In this document: piece by piece, positions 57,860 to 64,000 of the stretch | Position numbering within the stretch: position 1 is the first letter of the stretch | How the letters are laid out: each line of letters starts with the position of its first letter | Source of the DNA: a virus | Virus record (IMG/VR): IMGVR_UViG_3300034375_010798 | DNA: 64,000 nucleotides | Strand: one strand, 5' to 3' | Notes under the pieces: generated by a model | The model's database searches: none | Seen by the model: only the letters and a program-made list of their open reading frames with translations | Told to the model about the DNA's origin: nothing | Position numbers and translations under genes: made by a program

Positions 57860-59212
57860 ATGGTAGATGGAGCTAATTTTGACGTATTTGGTTCTAGTAA
57901 ATTTCAGAATAGAGTTATACAAGGTGCATTAACTGATAGGTTGTTTTTTGAAAAGATATTTGAAATATTAAAACAAGAATATTTTACTACAGAAGCACAT
58001 AAAATTATTTGGGGTGAGATAACAAAACTTTTTAATAAGTATGATTCTTCACCAACATATGATATGTTAAGATTAGAGATAGCTGCTTTAGCTGATAGCG
58101 AAGACAAAGATGATGCCTTAACTATTCTTGTTGACATAGAGAAAACCTCAAACAGACAAGAGATTGAACACGCTAAAGAAAAAGCTTTTGAATTTTGTAA
58201 GAATCAGTCTATGAAAGCTGCAATTCTAACTTCAGTAGAACTCCTCAAAGAAGGAAGATTTGATGAGATACAAAAAACTATTGAAGAAAGTTTAAAGATG
58301 ACAGATAAAACTGATATGGGTCACAATTATTTTGATTCATTTAGCAGTAGAAGTAAGGAAGATAAGAGACCTAATACTGTTCCTACAGGTTTTGAAATAT
58401 TAGATCATAATGATATACTTGAGGGTGGATTAGCTGCAGGTGAGTTGGGTGTTGTAATGGCTCCAACTGGTGGTGGTAAGAGTTTTATGTTGGTGAATTT
58501 TGGATATGGTGCATTAGCAGCAGGTAAAAATGTTGTTCATTATAGCTTTGAGTTGAGTGAAAACAACATTGGCAATCGTTATGATAGTCGTATAACTGGT
58601 GTTCCAACTAAGGAGATTGTTACAAGAAACAGAGAGGTAGAAATAAATCTTCAACGATTTCAAGGTGGTCGTTTGATAATCAAAGAATATCCAACAAAGA
58701 TTGCAACAGTTAATACTTTGAAGTTTCACATAGGTAGATTGCAATCAAGTGGTTTCGATCCAGATTTAGTTATCATTGATTATGGTGATTTGATGAGGAG
58801 TCGCCGCGGTTACGATCAGAAGAGATTTGAATTAGAAAGTATTTACGAAGATTTACGTGGATTTGCAATGGAAACTAAACTTCCTATTTGGACAGCAACA
58901 CAATCTAATAGAGAAGGTTTTAGTGATGATATTATTACTATTGATAAAGTTGGTGAGGCAATATCTAAGGTTCATGTAGCTGATTTCTTCGCCACATTCT
59001 CTCAGCGTAAGTTTCATATTGGTAAGAATAGAATGGGTGCAGCTGGTGTTAATCTTGATATTGAAATTGATTATGGTAGAAGTTTAATCAGATTACATGA
59101 AAACAATAGTCAAGGTGGATTATCAATGTCAGATAAGGTTAGCAATTTGTTGAGTGAGGGTGATAGTAGAAAAAGAATATTTGATAAATATAGAGATAAT
59201 ATAGGAGTCTAA
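57860..59212 (+). CDS. dnaB: DnaB-like replicative helicase (gp41-like)
   Basis: Motifs GGL..GELG...APTGGGKS, YSFEL, IKEYP, IIDY.DL, WTATQ.NR and KNR.G. Confidence 0.93.
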   Translation: MVDGANFDVFGSSKFQNRVIQGALTDRLFFEKIFEILKQEYFTTEAHKIIWGEITKLFNKYDSSPTYDMLRLEIAALADSEDKDDALTILVDIEKTSNRQEIEHAKEKAFEFCKNQSMKAAILTSVELLKEGRFDEIQKTIEESLKMTDKTDMGHNYFDSFSSRSKEDKRPNTVPTGFEILDHNDILEGGLAAGELGVVMAPTGGGKSFMLVNFGYGALAAGKNVVHYSFELSENNIGNRYDSRITGVPTKEIVTRNREVEINLQRFQGGRLIIKEYPTKIATVNTLKFHIGRLQSSGFDPDLVIIDYGDLMRSRRGYDQKRFELESIYEDLRGFAMETKLPIWTATQSNREGFSDDIITIDKVGEAISKVHVADFFATFSQRKFHIGKNRMGAAGVNLDIEIDYGRSLIRLHENNSQGGLSMSDKVSNLLSEGDSRKRIFDKYRDNIGV

Positions 59213-59213
59213 G

Positions 59214-59462
59214 ATGCCAGAGAGATATACCATAATGAGAACTAGTCGTTGGGGAACAACAGGAACAAGTCTTCAAACTATGGCGGTTTTGGAGAGAAGC
59301 AAATATAAAAATGATGATGCTATTAGAGCTTGCAATGAGATGATTTCCAATGATAAGGTTGGAACTAATGAAGAGTTAGAGTATGAGGTTATCTTATCAA
59401 GAGAGAATGGTGTTCAAGAAATAATTCACAAAGTTGATAAGAAAGGAACGGTGAGTATCTAA
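59214..59462 (+). CDS. Hypothetical protein
   Basis: AGGAG SD; translationally coupled to the next gene. Confidence 0.7.
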   Translation: MPERYTIMRTSRWGTTGTSLQTMAVLERSKYKNDDAIRACNEMISNDKVGTNEELEYEVILSRENGVQEIIHKVDKKGTVSI

Positions 59463-59683
59463 TGCCAACATATGATTTCATTTGTGAAGATTGTGATAAT
59501 ATTTTTGAGGTATCAATAGCTATCAAAGACTATGATAGGTTCAAAAAACAAAGTTGCCCTCAGTGTGATAATATAGAAAATGTTAGACGACATTACACAC
59601 CGACTGGTATCAAGTTTGGAGCAGGTTTTTTCAAAGATGGTTATAGGAGTGCAAAGGATGTAGGTCCGAGTAATGACGAATAA
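59462..59683 (+). CDS. FmdB-family Zn-ribbon protein
   Basis: Motif MPTYDF.CEDC..FE.....CPQC....F..GF...Y. Confidence 0.85.
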   Translation: MPTYDFICEDCDNIFEVSIAIKDYDRFKKQSCPQCDNIENVRRHYTPTGIKFGAGFFKDGYRSAKDVGPSNDE

Positions 59684-59741
59684 AAAAATAGCAATAATCA
59701 GTTTATAGCTTAATAAATTTTTATTATAATGGAGAGTAAAG

Positions 59742-59990
59742 ATGATTTCTAGAGTAGAGTATTTTGGGGCTGATTGGTGTGGCCCATGTAGAACATTCAA
59801 GCCGGTTCTTATTGATTCTATAAGTAGTGAAAAGTTGAATATGTTTGATGTAGAAAAGAATAGTGATTTAGCATCAAAAAGAGGAGTTAGATCTTTACCT
59901 ACTACTATTTTATTTAACGAAACTGGTGAAGAAGTAAAAAGATTTGTTGGTAGTGCTAATAAAAAAGAATTACAAAAATATTTAGACTAA
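59742..59990 (+). CDS. trxA: Thioredoxin
   Basis: WCGPC active site and VRSLPT. Confidence 0.92.
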   Translation: MISRVEYFGADWCGPCRTFKPVLIDSISSEKLNMFDVEKNSDLASKRGVRSLPTTILFNETGEEVKRFVGSANKKELQKYLD

Positions 59991-60010
59991 TAAATTAAAA
60001 GGAGTTTCAA

Positions 60011-62335
60011 TTGAGTGAAATTAATAAGGTTGACAGTTTAATTAAATATTATAATGGAGATGAGTTAGCAGCAAGAGTTTTGGCTGATAAATATCTAAAA
60101 GAAGATGAAACATCTCCAGAAGAAATGTGGAGAAGATTAGCTATAGAAATATCAGAGCAAGAAGATATTAATAAAGCTGGTAAAAAGATATGGGAAGAAA
60201 GATATTACGATCTTCTTTCTGATTTTAAGTTTATTCCCGGTGGTAGAATTATGTATGCGTTGGGAAGAGATGAGAATGTATCTTGCACTAATTGTTATGT
60301 TATTCCTATTAAGGAAGACTCAATTGAAGGAATATATGATTGGTTAAAAGAGAGTGCTTTAACATATAGAAGCACAGGGGGTGTTGGAACAGATATTTCT
60401 ATTTTAAGACCAAAGGGTATGCCAGTAAAGAACTCAGGCGGCAACTCTCCGGGCGCTTGTAGTTTTATGGATCTAATGAGTCAATCAACAAACACCGTTC
60501 ATCAGAAGTTAAGAAGAGGTGCTTTGATGATAACAATAAATGTTCATCACCCCGATGTTTTAGAGTTTATTGATATAAAAAAGATTCTTGGAAAAATAGA
60601 GTATGAAGAAGGTCAAGGAAACGGTTATAATAATTTATATAAGTTAGTTGAACATGCTAATATATCCGTTCAGTTAACTGATGAATTCCTCCAAGCTTTA
60701 GAGGATGAAGGTAGATATGAACAGCGTTGGCCAGTTGATTCTAATAATCCTTCCGTATCTCAAAAAGTATCAGCTAAGAAGGTATGGGATGCAATTATTA
60801 AGAATGCTCATGCTCATGCGGAACCCGGTATATTCTTTGTAGATAATCATAAGAGAAATGACGCACTAGCATATGCCAATCCGGCATTAACGACAAACCC
60901 ATGTGGAGAACAATTTTTAGGCCCATACGCTAATTGCTTGTTGGGTCATATGAATCTTGACAGATATGTTGAAAGACAACCCGATGAATTCCCTACAACT
61001 AGGGTTTTTCATTTTGATAAGTTTGCAGATGATATAAAGACCGCAGTAAGGTTTTTGGATAATTGTATTACGTGGAATGATGGAAAGCACGCACTACCAG
61101 AACAGAATGAAATAGCGGTTAATGAAAGAAGAATCGGATTAGGTATTACTGGTTTGGGGGACGCGTTAATTAGACTAAGGGTCAAATATGATTCAGAAGA
61201 AGCATTAGAAGTTGTAGAAAGAATAATGCATACTTATAGAGATGCGGCCTACAATGCATCCATAGAGTTAGCTAAGGCGAAGGGTTCATTTCCTTTGTTT
61301 GACATAGAGAAGTGGGGTCAAAGCGAATTCGTAGCTAATATGATTTCAGAGTTAGATGAAAGTATGTTTGATATGTTAAACAAAACAGGTATAAGAAACT
61401 CTTTCTTGTTAACAATGGCTCCTGTTGGTAGTGGAAGTATTATTGGTCAAGTATCATCTGGCATAGAACCAATTTTTGCAACTTCTTATACTCGTAGAGT
61501 AAGAGAACAAGATGGAGAAACATTCAAGGAATATAAGACTTATCCAAGAATAATTGAAGAAGTTTTCAATAATGATAATAATCTACCTAACTTTGTTGTT
61601 ACAGCTCATAAAATAGATCCATATTTTAGAGTAAAGTTACAATCAGTAATACAAAAGTATGTTGATAATAGTATATCATCAACTGTTAATTTACCTAAAG
61701 AAACTCCCGAAGATACTATTGCTCAAATATATTTAGATGCTTGGCGCAACGGTCTAAAATCTATTACAGTTTATAGAGAGGGTAGTAGAGAAGGTGTTTT
61801 AATAACAGATGATGGAAAGAGTAATAAAAAGAAAGAAAAAGAAGAACCTCAAAAGAGACCTGTTGAATTAGGTGGTGTTACATATAAAATACCTAGTGGA
61901 GTAGATGAAAAACTATATATAACAATTAATCCATATAGTGAAGATCCTAAAAAACCATATGAGGTTTTTATTAATACTTTTGGAGAAGAAAGTTCAGAAA
62001 CTAAAGCCTTAGCTGTTTTAGTTTCAGCATTACTTAAGAATGTTGATGATATTGATTTCATAATTGAACATCTTTCAAAAATAACATCTTCTGCAGACCC
62101 TGTGTTTTGGCATGATAAGGATGCTCAAAGAAGACATCAAATAACCACCAGATCTCAGGCAGTAGCTATAGCATTACAGAAATTCACCACTATTTCAAAA
62201 AAAAATGATGGTGAAGAAAAAAATTATGAAGACGGGGTTAATTTAGAAAAATGCCCTAAATGTGGCTCTAATTCATATAAAAACGAAAATGGTTGTGGTA
62301 GTTGTTTAGATTGTGGATATTCTAAATGTAACTAA
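60011..62335 (+). CDS. nrdJ: Class II (adenosylcobalamin-dependent) ribonucleotide reductase, TTG start
   Basis: Motifs PGGR, NCYV, GGVG.D.S.LRP, RRGA, TNPCGEQ, CLLG, APVGS, SSGIEP and GLKSITVYR; C-terminal TSCPD-like domain and CPKC..GC..C.DCGYSKC. No nrdB in the window. Confidence 0.92.
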   Translation: MSEINKVDSLIKYYNGDELAARVLADKYLKEDETSPEEMWRRLAIEISEQEDINKAGKKIWEERYYDLLSDFKFIPGGRIMYALGRDENVSCTNCYVIPIKEDSIEGIYDWLKESALTYRSTGGVGTDISILRPKGMPVKNSGGNSPGACSFMDLMSQSTNTVHQKLRRGALMITINVHHPDVLEFIDIKKILGKIEYEEGQGNGYNNLYKLVEHANISVQLTDEFLQALEDEGRYEQRWPVDSNNPSVSQKVSAKKVWDAIIKNAHAHAEPGIFFVDNHKRNDALAYANPALTTNPCGEQFLGPYANCLLGHMNLDRYVERQPDEFPTTRVFHFDKFADDIKTAVRFLDNCITWNDGKHALPEQNEIAVNERRIGLGITGLGDALIRLRVKYDSEEALEVVERIMHTYRDAAYNASIELAKAKGSFPLFDIEKWGQSEFVANMISELDESMFDMLNKTGIRNSFLLTMAPVGSGSIIGQVSSGIEPIFATSYTRRVREQDGETFKEYKTYPRIIEEVFNNDNNLPNFVVTAHKIDPYFRVKLQSVIQKYVDNSISSTVNLPKETPEDTIAQIYLDAWRNGLKSITVYREGSREGVLITDDGKSNKKKEKEEPQKRPVELGGVTYKIPSGVDEKLYITINPYSEDPKKPYEVFINTFGEESSETKALAVLVSALLKNVDDIDFIIEHLSKITSSADPVFWHDKDAQRRHQITTRSQAVAIALQKFTTISKKNDGEEKNYEDGVNLEKCPKCGSNSYKNENGCGSCLDCGYSKCN

Positions 62336-62475
62336 AAGAATTATATAATTATATTTATTATACAATGGTTATATCTCTTAAAGGTAAATGTGGTTTATTT
62401 AATTTACTTAATCTTGTGTATATTTATATGTATGCAATAATTATGGAGATTTTAACTGTGAATTTAGAGGTGAGA

Positions 62476-62685
62476 ATGCCTAAAAAACAAATAGATAAAC
62501 CCGGAACTTACTTCTACGGATCTTTAAAAAAATTAGTTGAAGACTTCAACGGAGATTTAAAAGAGATGACAAGATATATGACAGTAGGTCAGTTAACCAA
62601 GTATCAAGAAAAAAATGGAATGATATGGAATATAAGAACTGGTAAACTAGCATACAATCCAGAAACGAAAGAAGTCTTTGAGTAA
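62476..62685 (+). CDS. Hypothetical protein
   Basis: Likely start at ATG 62476 after a GAGGTG SD. Confidence 0.6.
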   Translation: MPKKQIDKPGTYFYGSLKKLVEDFNGDLKEMTRYMTVGQLTKYQEKNGMIWNIRTGKLAYNPETKEVFE

Positions 62686-62687
62686 TT

Positions 62688-62849
62688 ATGGGTGTTAAGA
62701 TAGTAAGATTTTGTGAAAAATGTCTTCAAGAGTTTAAAGAAGAGATATACACAAAAAGAAAAGATTTAAAAGGATCACTAAGTCCGGATTCAATCACGGT
62801 GATGATTGATTTAATATGTGATAAATGTAAGAAATGCGCGATAAAATAA
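62688..62849 (+). CDS. 53-aa Zn-finger protein (not in the ORF track)
   Basis: Reads MGVKIVRFCEKCLQEFKEEIYTKRKDLKGSLSPDSITVMIDLICDKCKKCAIK*. Confidence 0.6.
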   Translation: MGVKIVRFCEKCLQEFKEEIYTKRKDLKGSLSPDSITVMIDLICDKCKKCAIK

Positions 62850-63271
62850 GTTGGGATGAATATGCTATGGGGTTGATTAGCCCCATAGCTATTCGATCTG
62901 AAGACCCTCATACAAAAGTCGGAGCTGTGATATTAGATAAGGATGGTAGAATTGTTGGAACTGGATACAATTCTTTACCTAGAGGATTATCACAGAAAGA
63001 CTTTCCACTCACCAGACCAGAGAAATATAGTCATATAGTTCATGCCGAACTTAATGCTATATTATTTTCTGACTCTTCAAGATTAGAAGGATCTACTTTA
63101 TATGTATCATTTTTGCCTTGTTGTGAATGTGCAAAATGCATTGTTCAAGTTGGCATATCTAAGGTTATATATGGAACAGAATATATATCCAAGGACTCTA
63201 AAAGCAACCAAGATATAGGCACAAAAATGATGCAAAAAGCAGGCATAAAGGTAGAACAATACAGCAAATAA
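62834..63271 (+). CDS. dCMP deaminase
   Basis: Motifs SWDEY.M, RS.DP.TKVGAVI, TGYN, HAE.NAI and PCCECAK.I.Q.GI. Confidence 0.93.
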   Translation: MRDKISWDEYAMGLISPIAIRSEDPHTKVGAVILDKDGRIVGTGYNSLPRGLSQKDFPLTRPEKYSHIVHAELNAILFSDSSRLEGSTLYVSFLPCCECAKCIVQVGISKVIYGTEYISKDSKSNQDIGTKMMQKAGIKVEQYSK

Positions 63272-63275
63272 TATA

Positions 63276-63304
63276 TTGACAAATAGTGAATATCTTATTA
63301 TATT
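63276..63304 (+). promoter_or_regulatory. Sigma70-type promoter TTGACA-17-TATATT upstream of dnaE
   Basis: Perfect -35 element with a 17-nt spacer. Confidence 0.8.
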
Positions 63305-63333
63305 ATATATACAAATTTTACGGGAGATAAATT

Positions 63334-64000
63334 ATGTATAATTATGATAGTAAGGTTGACACGTATACTCACTTACACGTTCACAGTAGTTATTCTATGT
63401 TGGATGGTATTGGTAAACCATCTGACAACGCCAAGAGAGCTGCTGATATTGGTATGCAAGCTCTGGCACTAACTGATCACGGTTCTTGTGCAGGCTTGTA
63501 TGAGTTTCAAACAGCGTGTGATAAGTATGGTGTAAAACCTATTTTAGGTAATGAGTTTTACTTTGTAGAAGATAGGCACCGTAAGGGCTTAACTGATGAT
63601 GAAAAAGAAGGTCTATCAAAGCAAGAACAAAAAGAATTACAAAAACAAAGACAAGCTAACCCTCACCTTATTTTGTTGGCTGAAACAGATGAAGGTTTAC
63701 GTAACATATATCGTTTAAACTACTACGCCAACAAAGATGGTTTCTATAGTAAACCTCGTATTGATTTGAGTTTATTAGCTCAACACAACGAAGGGCTTAT
63801 CGCCACAACTACATGTATTATTTCACCATTTGCAAAGTATTACTTCAAAGGTGAAACTGATAAGATGAGAACCTTATTCAACAAGATGTATAATATATTT
63901 GGTAAGGATCGTTTCTTTGTGGAATTACACCCACATGAAAAGTTCTCTTATAGAGATAACGGTGGAGATCAACACGCTCAACGTGAGTATAACTTTGCGA
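63334..64000 (+). CDS. dnaE: DNA polymerase III alpha subunit (family C), PHP domain; runs off the window end
   Basis: MYNYDSKVDTYTHLHVHSSYSMLDG, ALTDHG, KPILG.E.Y, HLILLA...G.RN..L and GFYSKPRID; GGGAG SD. Confidence 0.95.
   Translation, partial: MYNYDSKVDTYTHLHVHSSYSMLDGIGKPSDNAKRAADIGMQALALTDHGSCAGLYEFQTACDKYGVKPILGNEFYFVEDRHRKGLTDDEKEGLSKQEQKELQKQRQANPHLILLAETDEGLRNIYRLNYYANKDGFYSKPRIDLSLLAQHNEGLIATTTCIISPFAKYYFKGETDKMRTLFNKMYNIFGKDRFFVELHPHEKFSYRDNGGDQHAQREYNFA

Noticed and set aside
54201-62335. Inteins or introns in recA, the helicase or nrdJ
   Set aside because: The proteins are of normal length with contiguous motifs.
1595-62911. Many 60-130 aa minus-strand and nested alternate-frame ORFs
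   Set aside because: All overlap well-supported + strand genes and look like codon-bias shadows.
1-64000. Stop-codon reassignment
   Set aside because: Long genes are intact in the standard code, and TAG and TGA serve as real stops (e.g. 14898, 37333, 23537, 45090).
1-64000. tRNA or rRNA genes
   Set aside because: Intergenic gaps are short and AT-rich, and I recognised no cloverleaf or T-loop signature.

Overview
This is a 64-kb, AT-rich (roughly 30% GC by eye) segment of a large contractile-tailed dsDNA phage (jumbo-myovirus-like). All credible genes are on the + strand and use the standard genetic code. The order is: (1) the end of a tail-fibre gene; (2) a sugar-modification cassette with a GT9-like transferase, a NodU/CmcH carbamoyltransferase, a deoxyhypusine-synthase-fold protein and an HldE-type heptose kinase; (3) a ~35-kb tail/baseplate module (sheath, tube, chaperone with a probable programmed frameshift, tape measure, hub, spike, wedge and LamG proteins) containing a phage sigma factor and a small HNH gene; (4) two large unknown proteins; (5) a second sugar cassette with GT2/GT9/methyltransferase fusions, an HldE-type nucleotidyltransferase, a GT4 and a histone-H1-like gene; (6) a replication and nucleotide module (gp32-like SSB, RecA/UvsX, two Zn deaminases, 5'-3' exonuclease, DnaB-like helicase, thioredoxin, class II RNR, and the start of DnaE). 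The best candidate for a new system is a phage-encoded NDP-heptose/GT9 glycosylation and carbamoylation pathway split across both flanks of the tail module. It is matched by a dense hydrophobic-[ST]-[AG] motif in outer virion proteins, suggesting virion glycosylation. Other notable signals are a +1/-2 frameshift at a T7 run, strong avoidance of CCWGG and GTAC, and a structured ~165-nt intergenic element. All product calls come from motifs recognised by eye; no searches were run.
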